Assembly (NCBI GenBank): GCA_017609985.1
Contig: JAFCCW010000004.1
Location: forward strand, 23,558 to 87,557
Reading direction: 5' to 3'
Source: Candidatus Iainarchaeum sp.
GTDB lineage: Archaea; Iainarchaeota; Iainarchaeia; Iainarchaeales; JAFCCW01
Length of the DNA stretch: 64,000 nucleotides
How positions within the stretch are numbered: position 1 is the first letter of the stretch; each line of letters starts with the position of its first letter. The translations under genes were made by a program, and so were the position numbers. Below the pieces are notes generated by a model. It was not told the DNA's origin, did not search any database, and saw only the letters and a program-made list of their open reading frames with translations. Below, piece by piece: positions 1 through 9,629 of the stretch.

Positions 1-128
1 TTTTTCATTCCGTCGCCGTCAATTACTGCAGTCAATGTTTTTTCATCAATCTCAATAACTACTGCTTTTTGTCCAGCATTTTTTCCAGCAAGTTTGTAAC
101 ATACTGCTCCAGTTTTTATTCCACTCAT
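1..128 (-). CDS. rpl14e: 50S ribosomal protein L14e (partial, runs off the window start)
   Basis: Hand translation from ATG at 128 gives MSGIKTGAVCYKLAGKNAGQKAVVIEIDEK..., the KOW-type L14e N-terminus. ATGA overlap with the cmk stop; canonical position. Confidence 0.9.
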   Translation of the reverse strand, partial: MSGIKTGAVCYKLAGKNAGQKAVVIEIDEKTLTAVIDGDGMK

Positions 129-604
129 TTCAATTCACCTAAACTCTTTTTTACCAAAGCAATTGCTCCATCATCTTTTATTTTTTCAAGACTAACCACA
201 AGATCGTATCTGCTCAAATCAAAAACATCAATTCCCTTTGCTTCAAGCATTGCATTTCCAATATTTTCTTCAAGTTCTTCCAGCATTGAAACTGCTTCCA
301 CTTCACTAATATTTTTTGAGATCGCGAGATTCTTTGCTCTGTTCTTTTCTGAGGAAAGCAAAAACACGCTTAATTCCGGTTTAACTATTGCTGGAGCAAT
401 AATTCCTTCCACTAATTTTCCTTTTTGAATTTTTTCTTTAATAATTTCCTCCATTTTCTCAGCGGATTCCTTGTCTGAAACAATCACGTTGCTTTCTTTT
501 CCAAGTTCTTCCTCTGAAACAAAGTTTAATCCAAGTTCTAGTGAAAGAGCTTTTCCAAGCTTTTTTGTATGAGTTCCAGGATAACCGCTAAGAGTAATAA
601 TCAT
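125..604 (-). CDS. cmk: Cytidylate kinase-like protein (degenerate P-loop)
   Basis: N-terminus MIITLSGYPG and C-terminal DLSRYDLVV motif; sits between L34e and L14e as in archaeal spc clusters. Confidence 0.75.
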   Translation of the reverse strand: MIITLSGYPGTHTKKLGKALSLELGLNFVSEEELGKESNVIVSDKESAEKMEEIIKEKIQKGKLVEGIIAPAIVKPELSVFLLSSEKNRAKNLAISKNISEVEAVSMLEELEENIGNAMLEAKGIDVFDLSRYDLVVSLEKIKDDGAIALVKKSLGELK

Positions 605-936
605 TTCTTTTCACCCTTAACCATGTATTTTCTAATCTTAATGCTCACGTCTTCAACACTTTTTGCTTTTGAAACAACTTTTGCTGTTTCCTCTGCAAGA
701 TTTCTTCTGCATTCTCCGCACAGCACTCCGCCATGCTTTGCAGTAGGCCTCTTTTCTGATTTTGAAAGCTTCAAAATATCACTTTTTGGCTTGTGGTTAG
801 GTACTCCGTGAAGTGGCTTTCCACACAGTCCGCACGATTGCTTTCCAGGTGTTCCTCTTTCAAAGACTCTTTTACTTTTTCCCTTAGTAGTCTTCCTGAA
901 CTTTTTCTTTTTTGTTCTGTCGCCTGGTTTAACCAT
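601..936 (-). CDS. rpl34e: 50S ribosomal protein L34e
   Basis: Motifs CGLCGKPLHGV and KRPTAKHGGVLCGEC. Start moved to ATG 936, which follows a GGTG SD. Confidence 0.92.
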   Translation of the reverse strand: MVKPGDRTKKKKFRKTTKGKSKRVFERGTPGKQSCGLCGKPLHGVPNHKPKSDILKLSKSEKRPTAKHGGVLCGECRRNLAEETAKVVSKAKSVEDVSIKIRKYMVKGEKK

Positions 937-1429
937 TCTGAACACCTTTTGCTTTTTCAAATATCTTTAAACCAATGCCCACGAGAATATTCATTGTAAG
1001 ATAACTCACAAAATACCATCCAAACCAACTGGTTTCACTATAAAATGTAAATGCAAAGAATCCTTGTTCTGCAAACCAAGGCAATGCAACAGGCAAGGCA
1101 AATGGTTCAAATTGAGTATAAAACATTCCCAGCAAATAAAATGCTATGAGAAACACTGGCAATGAAATCATCATATATCTCATGCTTGTCTGCATACTCT
1201 TCTGCATTGTCTCCATCATTTCCTTGTTTATCTGTTCAATCTCCTGCTTGCTTTTTTCATCATCCTTACCCATAAGTTCTTTAACACGATTTTGCTGTGT
1301 CTTCATTGTTTCTCTATCTTGCTTCATCTGAGCCTTGTTCATAAATTTTGACTGCATTACTTTGGAAACAATTACTAATACGGCAGATATCATAACGATA
1401 TCAATGCTTGGTGAAATAAACGGAATCAT
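929..1429 (-). CDS. DUF106/EMC3/TMCO1 family (Oxa1/YidC superfamily) membrane protein
   Basis: TM, Met/Gln-rich coiled coil, TM, then WFGWYFVSY motif; canonical position after secY. Confidence 0.85.
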   Translation of the reverse strand: MIPFISPSIDIVMISAVLVIVSKVMQSKFMNKAQMKQDRETMKTQQNRVKELMGKDDEKSKQEIEQINKEMMETMQKSMQTSMRYMMISLPVFLIAFYLLGMFYTQFEPFALPVALPWFAEQGFFAFTFYSETSWFGWYFVSYLTMNILVGIGLKIFEKAKGVQNG

Positions 1430-1541
1430 CTTTATCCCTCTAAAACCATTTCCAAAAAGTTGGAGCCCAAAAAGCAGGTTTTGTGGCTATAACTATTATT
1501 TCCGCATGGAATACTATATAAATGCTTTGTTGTCATCTCAT

Positions 1542-2951
1542 TCACCCTAACAGTTTTCCCAGCATTGGATGCATTTCTGCTAACTGGCTCCTTGCAAGTT
1601 CTTCATAAAGTCTGTAAACTATTCCAACTGTAAGCAAAATTCCCATTCCACTCACTAGTGTTCCAAGAGACATGTCTCCCAAGCCAGCTAAAAGTCCAAC
1701 AAAAACTGAACCCAAAATTGTTATTGTCGGAATATATCTGTCAAGAATTCCCTTAATTATTCTCTTGTCTCGTCTGAATCCAGGAATATACATTCCGCTA
1801 CTCTGCAACTGCTCTGAAATTGCTTCCGGACCCTGTCCACCCATTTGAACCCAGAATTTTCCAAACACAATACATGCTGAAATAAGTATTGCTAAATAAA
1901 CAAGTGCGTGTCCAAGAGCAGGAGCCATAATCATTAAACCATTAATTGGTCCTTCAGCAATAACCCTTAGTACAAGATCCTGAATTAAATTATAAGGAGA
2001 TGTAGTGGCCCAGGCAAGGAATCCAAGAATTCCCCCAGTATCTGGTGCTGCTGGAAGAAACTCTAGTCCGTTTCCAATTATTGGAATTCCTGCAGTCATC
2101 ATGCTCCAAATTCTCACGTTTGCAAAAAGTGCTGCTGCAAGAATAACCGGCATGTTAGAAACGTAAAGCAGTTTAACTGGAAATCTGCCCCCAGTTCCGC
2201 GTCTTCCCATAGTAATTGGAATATTTACATGCATTCCCTCTGCGAAAACAATTATTATAAAAATTGCCAAAGCAATAATTACTGGAATAAGTGAAATAAA
2301 GTCAGCGCTTCCTGAAGCAATGCTCGAGATAAATCTTGAAATAATTCCTCCCTGAATTCCAGCAAGAGCTCCAACTGGCGGGGCAAAAACCTGCCAAAAG
2401 AATGCTCCTGAAACTCCGCCTGCAATAAACAATCCTACTCCTGAGCCAATCCCGTGCTTTGAAACAAGTTCATCTAAATAAAGCAGTATAAGCGAACCAA
2501 GAGCAACCTGTAGCACTATCACGAGAAGCATTCCCTCCATTGGCTGAAGAAGACCTGATGCAGTGTAAACAAATGCTTCAAAAAAGCAAAGCACTATTGC
2601 GAAAAGCTTTTGAAGCCCCTGAAATCTTGCCTTGTCTTTTGGATTTGACAAATCAATGTCAAGAATTTTTCCACCGACAAGAAGCTGCAAAATGATTGAT
2701 GCAAGAACAATTGGGCCAATTCCAGCACTAATTAAGGAACCTGTATTGCTTGCAAGAATAGTCTGCATTTGAGCAAGAACAGCTCCTCTCTCTGCTGAAA
2801 GACCTATTAGTTCAATGTTTCCCATTATGAAAAACAACAACAGTGCAAGAGAACTCCATACTAATTTTTTCTTGATGCTTGGCTCTGTTTCAGGCGCCTT
2901 TATTTCTGGCAACACACTGTAAACAGGTTCCAAAATATCAAGAATTCCCAT
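1542..2951 (-). CDS. secY: Preprotein translocase subunit SecY
   Basis: Motifs GIGPIVLASIILQLL, GIGSGVGLFIA, LLYVSNMPVIL and IPGFRRD. Confidence 0.98.
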   Translation of the reverse strand: MGILDILEPVYSVLPEIKAPETEPSIKKKLVWSSLALLLFFIMGNIELIGLSAERGAVLAQMQTILASNTGSLISAGIGPIVLASIILQLLVGGKILDIDLSNPKDKARFQGLQKLFAIVLCFFEAFVYTASGLLQPMEGMLLVIVLQVALGSLILLYLDELVSKHGIGSGVGLFIAGGVSGAFFWQVFAPPVGALAGIQGGIISRFISSIASGSADFISLIPVIIALAIFIIIVFAEGMHVNIPITMGRRGTGGRFPVKLLYVSNMPVILAAALFANVRIWSMMTAGIPIIGNGLEFLPAAPDTGGILGFLAWATTSPYNLIQDLVLRVIAEGPINGLMIMAPALGHALVYLAILISACIVFGKFWVQMGGQGPEAISEQLQSSGMYIPGFRRDKRIIKGILDRYIPTITILGSVFVGLLAGLGDMSLGTLVSGMGILLTVGIVYRLYEELARSQLAEMHPMLGKLLG

Positions 2952-2962
2952 GCTCTAACACC

Positions 2963-3541
2963 TTAAGCTTTCTTTTCCTCTTTGCCTTTGTTATCTTTAC
3001 TATCTTTACTTTCAGTTTTACTTTCTTTAACTGCCTTTGCAGGCTCTTCTTTTTCTTCAATTGCTTGTTCTTCATTGATTTCAGCAGAAGTTTCTTCTTC
3101 AAACTCTTCCAGTTCTTCTTCTGCTTCTTCTCCTGCGTCTCCACCAGCTTCCAAAATCTTTTCAATAGCAGACTTGCTTGCTTTAATGTTAACAAGTTTT
3201 ACAGGCACTGTGATTTTTCCTTTTCCAAGAATCTTATCAATGTCTGTTTTTATTCCATCAAAGACATACATTTTTCCATGCTTTTCAATTTCTTTGGATT
3301 TTTCAAGCTTTTCAATAATCGAAGAAATATCTTCAACATTAATAGTTTTTTCAGTATTCTTTGGCTTCAATGCTGGTTCTTTTCCAAAGCTATCATAGTA
3401 CTTGCTGTACTTGTGCTTGTGTGATCCAGCTCTTCCTCTTCCGCCTCGGCAACCTGCTCCGCGTTTATTCTTTGTATCACCTTTTCCATGCGATCTATTT
3501 CCACGAAGCTTGTTTTTCTTTCTAATCCTTCTTGTTACCAT
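2963..3541 (-). CDS. rpl15: 50S ribosomal protein uL15 with acidic/Lys-rich C-terminal tail
   Basis: Motifs RGNRSHGKG, RGAGCRGGRGRAG, KILGKG and AIEKILEAGG. Start set at ATG 3541. Confidence 0.95.
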   Translation of the reverse strand: MVTRRIRKKNKLRGNRSHGKGDTKNKRGAGCRGGRGRAGSHKHKYSKYYDSFGKEPALKPKNTEKTINVEDISSIIEKLEKSKEIEKHGKMYVFDGIKTDIDKILGKGKITVPVKLVNIKASKSAIEKILEAGGDAGEEAEEELEEFEEETSAEINEEQAIEEKEEPAKAVKESKTESKDSKDNKGKEEKKA

Positions 3542-3550
3542 AAAACTCAC

Positions 3551-4009
3551 CTAAATCATTTTCTTTATCAGCAGGTTTATGTCTGAAGCCCTGTATCCAA
3601 GTGCTCCTCCAACTGTATAACTTTTCTTTATTCCTGCTCTTTCATAACCTTTTTTTGGAGGCCTTAATCTGAACACAGGTTTTATTCCAAGTTCCTTAAG
3701 CTTTTTTCCAGCAATTACTGTTTCAGCTAATTCTTTGAAATCTTTAATCTTGCTTTCTTTGAAGAATTCTTCTCCAATTTTTTTGTTTCCCGCTAGTCTT
3801 CCTCTTTTTTCAAGAACTGCTGCAAGAGTTTCTGCAGTAATTTCACCAAAAGTAACATAGTTTTCTGTTTTTCTCAGCATGCTTCTGTTTTGTTTGTTTT
3901 CTTCAGAAACAACAAGATGATTTACTCTTGTTAAACGGAGCAATTCCATTGTCTTTTTTATGTCAGGTTTTATGTTAACATTTCCTCTGACTCTAACAAC
4001 TGCGTACAT
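3551..4009 (-). CDS. rpl30: 50S ribosomal protein uL30
   Basis: Motifs MYAVVRVRG, PVFRLRPPKKG and GGALGYR. Confidence 0.97.
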   Translation of the reverse strand: MYAVVRVRGNVNIKPDIKKTMELLRLTRVNHLVVSEENKQNRSMLRKTENYVTFGEITAETLAAVLEKRGRLAGNKKIGEEFFKESKIKDFKELAETVIAGKKLKELGIKPVFRLRPPKKGYERAGIKKSYTVGGALGYRASDINLLIKKMI

Positions 4010-4015
4010 CTTTTA

Positions 4016-4732
4016 TCACTCTTTCCTTCCTGTTGAAAACTTTTTTGAAATATCTTCTGAAATTCTCATTTTTGCTGTTTTTGAAAGTGCATCAATTGCA
4101 GCTATTGCAAAATTAATTGTTGTTTTTGTTGCGCCAGAAGTATTGCTCCAAACATCTTGGATTCCTGCAAACTCTAAAACCTTTTTTATATTGTCTCCTG
4201 CGACAAGTCCAATTCCTTTTGGCGCAGGGATAAGTGTTACGCGAACTGAAGCGCATTTTCCCTCTACTTTGAAAGGAACTGAATGCTGATCATTGCATGG
4301 GCACTCCCAGCTTCCACAGCCTCTTTTTATTCTAACCAAATTTAATCTTGCTTTTCTTTTAGCTTTGTCTATTGCAGGCCATTTGTCTGTATCCTTTGCA
4401 GTTCCAAGCCCCACAAGACCGTTTTTGTTTCCAATAAGCACTGATGTTCTGAAAGCAAATTTTCTTCCAGCTCTCACAACTCGAGAAGTTTTCTTAATAT
4501 CAATTATTTCTTCTTGCATTTCCACTAGATAATCAACTATTTCTGGTTCAAGAATTGAAATATTCTTTTCAAATATTTCATCAATGGAAGTAATTTCTCC
4601 ATTTTTAACTTTTTTTCCCAAGCTTGTTTTTGGAACCCAGTTGGTGAGCATAGCTTCCTTGTTCTTTTCATCTTGCTCTCTTCTGCTTTCTTTTCTTCTC
4701 GCTTCTCTTTTTGTTTTGTCATTCTCAGTCAA
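4016..4732 (-). CDS. rps5: 30S ribosomal protein uS5
   Basis: Motifs WVPKTSLG, RGCGSWEC and PAPKGIGLV. Probable TTG start at 4732, 5 nt after GGTGA. Confidence 0.96.
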   Translation of the reverse strand: MTENDKTKREARRKESRREQDEKNKEAMLTNWVPKTSLGKKVKNGEITSIDEIFEKNISILEPEIVDYLVEMQEEIIDIKKTSRVVRAGRKFAFRTSVLIGNKNGLVGLGTAKDTDKWPAIDKAKRKARLNLVRIKRGCGSWECPCNDQHSVPFKVEGKCASVRVTLIPAPKGIGLVAGDNIKKVLEFAGIQDVWSNTSGATKTTINFAIAAIDALSKTAKMRISEDISKKFSTGRKE

Positions 4733-4737
4733 CTGAA

Positions 4738-5316
4738 TCACCATTTTTTATTTGAAATCTTTTCCTTTACTTCTTCAAATTTTTTTGAGATATTCTTCAC
4801 GTCAAAACCTTCTTTTACATAGCGTGAAAATCTTTTATTAAACTCTTCTTCCCCAAGCTTTTCCACATATTCTTCAATATGCTTGCCTGAAACCCTGTTT
4901 GGATCAGCCAATGCTTTTTCGTCGTGCGGAATATTCATTCCAGCGTCAATTGCTCCCTTTAATGCTGCAAAAGGGATACTTCCGTGAACCGGTGCTCGAA
5001 AGCCAAGGTCAAATACTGCTTCTTTTGCATTATTCTTGATTGCAATAAATCCGCAAGCAAAACCTGTCAGATAAGCACTTGGAATATTTCTTGAACCAAC
5101 CCATCCGAATTCATCAAGCTTTTTTGAATTAAATTCTGCAACAATCTTATCCCCGTGTTTTTGCATTTCAATAGCCTGAACCTTTACTCCAGTATTTGAG
5201 TCTCTGACAACAAGTCTTATTTTTCCAGACTTCACAAGAGCTAGTCTCTTCTTATAATTTGTTTTTCCCTCTCTTCTTCTTCTGAATTTTACACTAAACG
5301 TTGCCTTGTTTGCCAT
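4738..5316 (-). CDS. rpl18: 50S ribosomal protein uL18
   Basis: Motifs FRRRREGKTNY, NIPSAYLTG and GAIDAGMNIPH. Confidence 0.97.
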   Translation of the reverse strand: MANKATFSVKFRRRREGKTNYKKRLALVKSGKIRLVVRDSNTGVKVQAIEMQKHGDKIVAEFNSKKLDEFGWVGSRNIPSAYLTGFACGFIAIKNNAKEAVFDLGFRAPVHGSIPFAALKGAIDAGMNIPHDEKALADPNRVSGKHIEEYVEKLGEEEFNKRFSRYVKEGFDVKNISKKFEEVKEKISNKKW

Positions 5317-5324
5317 AAAAACAC

Positions 5325-5768
5325 CTACTTATTTCCTTTCACATAAGATTCAACATATTTTTTTCCTCTGAAGAACCCGCCTTTAATTTTTCTGTACACA
5401 TTTGAATAACCTGCTTTTTCAACATCTTCAGGACTTTCTGCTCTTAATTCTCTTAATTTTCTTCTCTGAGCTCTTACATTTTTTATCCAAGTCTTCTTTT
5501 TGTTAGTTCTTGCTTTTTTTGTTCCCTTTCTTTTTCCAGGGCCTTTCTTTCTTCCTGCTGCTTTTTTGACCTGAAGTTTTCTTGCTCTTGACCTGCTTTG
5601 CCCGTTAACTTCCTTTTTCTTTATTGCTCCTTCTTTAATCAGTTCTCGAATGTCATCTTTTGTAATGACTTCGCTGATTTTTTCTCCCTGTACTGGGTCA
5701 AGCCATATTCTGTTTCTTCCTGTCTTCAGCACTCGGGCTGCAATGCTTTTAACTTTGTCCAGATCCAT
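5325..5768 (-). CDS. rpl19e: 50S ribosomal protein L19e
   Basis: Motifs RIWLDP, GPGKRKG and YRKIKGGFF. Confidence 0.97.
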   Translation of the reverse strand: MDLDKVKSIAARVLKTGRNRIWLDPVQGEKISEVITKDDIRELIKEGAIKKKEVNGQSRSRARKLQVKKAAGRKKGPGKRKGTKKARTNKKKTWIKNVRAQRRKLRELRAESPEDVEKAGYSNVYRKIKGGFFRGKKYVESYVKGNK

Positions 5769-5772
5769 AAAC

Positions 5773-6321
5773 TCACCTATTTAGTACAACAATTCCTTTT
5801 TTTCCAGCTTCTTTTACGATTCCAATTCTTTTCTTTTTTCCAACAGTTCCGCTAATTCTTGCAGCTTCTCCTTCCTTCAAAGCAACAAGTTCTTTTGGGT
5901 TGTTAACTAATACTTCCCTGTAACCAGACGGGTGCAAGCCTCTAACTTCTTTTGCAGTTCTATAACCTGTTTTTGGCATTGCTCCATCCTCTTTTCTGTT
6001 AAGCACGTCAATTCCTCTTGGCTTTCTCCACTTCTGCCACTTCTTATTGCTCTTTCTTCTAAACTGTTTTTTTCCAAATCTTCCTCTAAAAATTGGAAGT
6101 TTTTTCTTTTTCTTAATCTTTGTTTGAAGTTTTTTAACTGATTCTGGTTTTTTAATCTTTTTTGATTTTGGCTTTTCTAAAGTTTTCTCAGTTTTCATAG
6201 GTGCTTGTTTTTCAGTTTTTGGACTAGCCACTGTCTTTGAAACAGGCTCTTTTTCCATTTTGGAAATTGTTTTCTTGGTTACTGCTATTTTATTATCTTT
6301 TGATGGCTTGTCTTTACTCAT
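5773..6321 (-). CDS. rpl32e: 50S ribosomal protein L32e with Lys-rich N-terminal extension
   Basis: Motifs KWRKPRGID, GYRTAKEVRGLHPSG and VGKKKR. Confidence 0.95.
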   Translation of the reverse strand: MSKDKPSKDNKIAVTKKTISKMEKEPVSKTVASPKTEKQAPMKTEKTLEKPKSKKIKKPESVKKLQTKIKKKKKLPIFRGRFGKKQFRRKSNKKWQKWRKPRGIDVLNRKEDGAMPKTGYRTAKEVRGLHPSGYREVLVNNPKELVALKEGEAARISGTVGKKKRIGIVKEAGKKGIVVLNR

Positions 6322-6886
6322 TGTCTTCACCCTTTGTTTCTTCTTCGTTCTTCAAAAATCCTTTTTCAACAAGATATATACCGTCCTGAAAAATTCTAGT
6401 ATCCCTATTTTTTATCCTTGTAGCCTGTTCAAGATTTGCTGAAGTCTGGCTTACACGTTCCTTATTGATTCCTGAAACAGTGATGTCCTTCCCCTTAATT
6501 TCAACCTTGACTCCTGGCCTGATTTTTGCAATTCTTGGCTTTTTTTCTCCTGCAAAATTGTTTATTTCAACATTTTCTCCCTGCACTACAATGTTCATTG
6601 GAAAGTGAGAAAAAACAACTGAAAGCTTGTATTGAAATCCTTTCTCAAGACCGTCAATAAGATTGGTAACATGCGTTTTGAAAGTTTTTACAAGAGCTCT
6701 TACTCCCCTGGTATCCGGTTTTCCTCTGATTGCGATTGAGTTCTTTTCAGGAACAAGCATAACATTTGCTGATTCAAACACATAGCAGTTTTCTTCTCCG
6801 CCTTTCTTCAGGCAGAGCTTTTTGCCATGTATTTCAAATTCTATTCCTTCAGGAATCTCAATTTTTTCTTCGTAAATCTCAATCAT
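6314..6886 (-). CDS. rpl6: 50S ribosomal protein uL6
   Basis: Motifs SHFPM, NFAGEKKPR and RDTRIFQDGIY. Confidence 0.97.
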   Translation of the reverse strand: MIEIYEEKIEIPEGIEFEIHGKKLCLKKGGEENCYVFESANVMLVPEKNSIAIRGKPDTRGVRALVKTFKTHVTNLIDGLEKGFQYKLSVVFSHFPMNIVVQGENVEINNFAGEKKPRIAKIRPGVKVEIKGKDITVSGINKERVSQTSANLEQATRIKNRDTRIFQDGIYLVEKGFLKNEEETKGEDNE

Positions 6887-6895
6887 TTTATTCAC

Positions 6896-7288
6896 CTAGT
6901 AAACAAACGCAAGAAGTCTTCCTCCAACGCCGTTTTCTTTTGCCTGCTTGTGAGTAAAAACTCCTTTAGGAGTTGTTACTATGATGATTCCAACATCCTT
7001 TGAAGGAAGATATCTTTTTTCATATTTTTCAAATTCGTCTTTCTTAACAGCATATCTTGGCTTGATTGCCTTGCATGCATTAATTGTTCCGTTAAGTTCA
7101 ACCGTGAAAAAACCTTCTCTTCCGTCTTCCACAAACTTGAAATCTCCCACATATTTTTCTTCTTTCATGACATTAAGGATTTCTCCAAAGAGCTTGGACG
7201 CAGGCCTACAAATACATTCTTTTTTTGAAGCAAGGTCACTGTTCTTAATGTTCACAAGTGCATCTGATATTGGATCAACTAAAGTCAT
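6896..7288 (-). CDS. rps8: 30S ribosomal protein uS8
   Basis: Motifs DPISDAL, AIKPRY and GGRLLAFVY. Confidence 0.98.
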   Translation of the reverse strand: MTLVDPISDALVNIKNSDLASKKECICRPASKLFGEILNVMKEEKYVGDFKFVEDGREGFFTVELNGTINACKAIKPRYAVKKDEFEKYEKRYLPSKDVGIIIVTTPKGVFTHKQAKENGVGGRLLAFVY

Positions 7289-7297
7289 TCTGTCACC

Positions 7298-7447
7298 TCA
7301 CCCAAACTTCCTGAAGCCAAGATCTATTGCTATTTCTTTAAAACATCTTCTGCAGATTTTCAGACCATATTTGCTGATGACTCCTCTTTTAGTCTTGCAA
7401 ATTCTGCACTCTGATGGCTTCTTTTTCCCAGTCTCTTTTTCAGTCAT
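7298..7447 (-). CDS. rps14: 30S ribosomal protein uS14 (Zn-binding type; absent from ORF track)
   Basis: Hand translation gives MTEKETGKKKPSECRICKTKRGVISKYGLKICRRCFKEIAIDLGFRKFG* (49 aa); lies between L5 and S8. Confidence 0.96.
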   Translation of the reverse strand: MTEKETGKKKPSECRICKTKRGVISKYGLKICRRCFKEIAIDLGFRKFG

Positions 7448-7941
7448 GCAATTTCAACTCCAAACTTTTCTGTAATAAACTCAATTGCTTCTTCTCGTGA
7501 AACACAATGCTTTCTTCCAACTTTTTTCTTTCCTATTTTTCTTTTCTTAATTCTGTATCCTGCTCTCTCAAGAGAAACAAGAACATCAAATCCCTTTATC
7601 CCAAGCTCTGGTTCATACTTAATGTTTGGAAGATCAATATACTCTTTGATTCCAAATCCGAAATTTCCATTTCTGTCAAAATTTTTTCCCGCAAGCATGT
7701 TTTCTTTTGCAAGAAAAGCTTGTTTCAAAAATTCAACAGCATCAGTTCCTCTGAGAGTAACCTTTGCTCCAATCGGAAGACCAGGCCTGATATTTAAAGT
7801 TGGAGCCTTTACTTTGCAGAGAGTCTGAATAGGCTTTTTTCCAGTGATTTTTTTCAAAATCTTGATTGCTTTTTTCAGCTCTTCACCGCTTTCGCCAACA
7901 CCCATGTTGACTGTGATTTTTCCAACTTTAATGTCTTTCAC
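7444..7941 (-). CDS. rpl5: 50S ribosomal protein uL5
   Basis: Motifs NMGVGESG, PIGAKVTLR and FDRNGNFGFGIKEYID. Confidence 0.98.
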   Translation of the reverse strand: MKDIKVGKITVNMGVGESGEELKKAIKILKKITGKKPIQTLCKVKAPTLNIRPGLPIGAKVTLRGTDAVEFLKQAFLAKENMLAGKNFDRNGNFGFGIKEYIDLPNIKYEPELGIKGFDVLVSLERAGYRIKKRKIGKKKVGRKHCVSREEAIEFITEKFGVEIA

Positions 7942-7943
7942 TT

Positions 7944-8681
7944 TTACTCACCTTTTGTCTCCAGTCCCTTTAATTCAACACTTTTTTCTCCAACAATAAA
8001 AATTTTATCCTTTACTGTCAAAAACTCGTCTCCATCCTTTGGTTTCAAGGAAATAAGTGGAGGTCGCTTCATTGTTCCAGTCTGCACCCGCAAAACAGTT
8101 CCTATTGTTGAAACACGTCTTCCCCCTGTTACAATAGCTGTGTTTCCCTCAACAAGCTTGAAAATTTTTACAATTTTTTGGTTTGGAAGCTCTATCTTTA
8201 GCACGTCTCCTGTTGAAATTTCATTCTTGTCATCTGAAAATATTCTTCCATCCTGGCTCTCAACAACAATCTTGTTTTTTGCGACTGTTTTTTTGCCAGT
8301 TATCTTGCATAGTTTGGATGACTTTTCTTTGAAATCCAATTCTCTTACTTCAAATCGTCCGAGTTTGTCAAGTGCAAGTAGATATTTTTTCTTTATTTTT
8401 TCAATTGTAATTATGTCAAAAAGACCAACCGGAAACCTGTAATCTTTTCTTACAACTTCATCAACTTTGACTTCCTGATTTTTAAGCACAATTCTTGTTT
8501 CTCTTAGATTATCTGTCAACCCAAGCAAGTTTCTGACAACAAATCCTAATGGCACGCTTTCTTCTCTAGAGTGCGGTCCTGGATTTGAACGAATTGTCCA
8601 AGTACTTTGTTTTCTTTCAATCTTTCTGGACTTACTTGTACTAAGAGTTTTTTCCGCTGTTTTTCCGCCTTTTTTACCCAT
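7944..8681 (-). CDS. rps4e: 30S ribosomal protein S4e
   Basis: Motifs PGPHSREESVPL and VRKDYRFPVGLFD. Confidence 0.96.
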   Translation of the reverse strand: MGKKGGKTAEKTLSTSKSRKIERKQSTWTIRSNPGPHSREESVPLGFVVRNLLGLTDNLRETRIVLKNQEVKVDEVVRKDYRFPVGLFDIITIEKIKKKYLLALDKLGRFEVRELDFKEKSSKLCKITGKKTVAKNKIVVESQDGRIFSDDKNEISTGDVLKIELPNQKIVKIFKLVEGNTAIVTGGRRVSTIGTVLRVQTGTMKRPPLISLKPKDGDEFLTVKDKIFIVGEKSVELKGLETKGE

Positions 8682-8686
8682 AAATA

Positions 8687-9175
8687 TCACGCCTTCTTCT
8701 TTTTGCCTGAGTTTTCCTTTTTTGTTTCAGTTTTCTTTTCAGTCTTTGCTTCAGGTTTTTTTGCTTTCTTTTCAGTATTTTTCTCTACTTTTTCAGATTT
8801 TTTTTCAATACTCTTTTTTGAAATCTTCTTTCCTCTCTTAAATCTTTTATCATCATCTCTTTCAATTTCCAAAACAACAATATTTGAAGGATTTATTGGA
8901 ACAAGAATTTCTGTTCCGTCTGATTTCTTTCTGATAATTTTTTCAATATAAATTCTTGCTCTTTCCCTGTTAATTCTTGAAATTTTTCCCTCTTTACCTT
9001 TTTTGCTTCCCCGCACAATCTTTACTTTATCTCCTTTTCTAAGCGCTATGCTTCTTTTTTCAAGTTCTTTTCTCAATTCTTTTGACAAATGGCCTGAAAC
9101 TCTGCTGGTTTGATGGTGCAGAGGCATGTTGTAAAATACTTTTCTCTGTTTTGAAGGTTTGCTACTTTTCATCAT
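8687..9175 (-). CDS. rpl24: 50S ribosomal protein uL24 with K/E-rich tail
   Basis: Motifs SSKPSKQRK, RKGDKVKIVRG and PINPSNI. Confidence 0.96.
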   Translation of the reverse strand: MMKSSKPSKQRKVFYNMPLHHQTSRVSGHLSKELRKELEKRSIALRKGDKVKIVRGSKKGKEGKISRINRERARIYIEKIIRKKSDGTEILVPINPSNIVVLEIERDDDKRFKRGKKISKKSIEKKSEKVEKNTEKKAKKPEAKTEKKTETKKENSGKKKKA

Positions 9176-9181
9176 AAACAC

Positions 9182-9580
9182 CTAAACTATTGACGAGGCA
9201 AGACCTGCTATTTTTGGCCATCTTTCTCCAACCTCTTTTGCTACAGCTCCTTTTATTTCAGATGCTTTTGGAAGACCTTTTTCATCCACTAGCACAACTG
9301 CATTGTCTGAAAATTTTATTCTGGTTCCATTAGCTCTCTTAAATTCTTTTTTTGCTCGAATAATAATTGCTCTTTCAACTTTTTTTCTCATTTCAGGTTT
9401 TCCCTTTTTTACAACAACATTAACTACATCGCCGATTCCTGCTTTTGGATTCATTCTTCTCTTTCCCCTAAATCCGAAAACTGAAATAATCTCAACTTCC
9501 TTGGCTCCGGAATTATCTGAACAGACACATCTGCTTTTTTGAGTCAAGCTTTTTGCTACTGACGCGCTTATTGCTTTCAT
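9182..9580 (-). CDS. rpl14: 50S ribosomal protein uL14
   Basis: Motifs DNSGAKE, FSDNAVV and IKGAVAKE. Confidence 0.98.
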   Translation of the reverse strand: MKAISASVAKSLTQKSRCVCSDNSGAKEVEIISVFGFRGKRRMNPKAGIGDVVNVVVKKGKPEMRKKVERAIIIRAKKEFKRANGTRIKFSDNAVVLVDEKGLPKASEIKGAVAKEVGERWPKIAGLASSIV

Positions 9581-9629
9581 TTTTTATCGCCCTTTTTTTC
9601 TTCGATTTTTTCTTTTTTTACTTCTTCTT

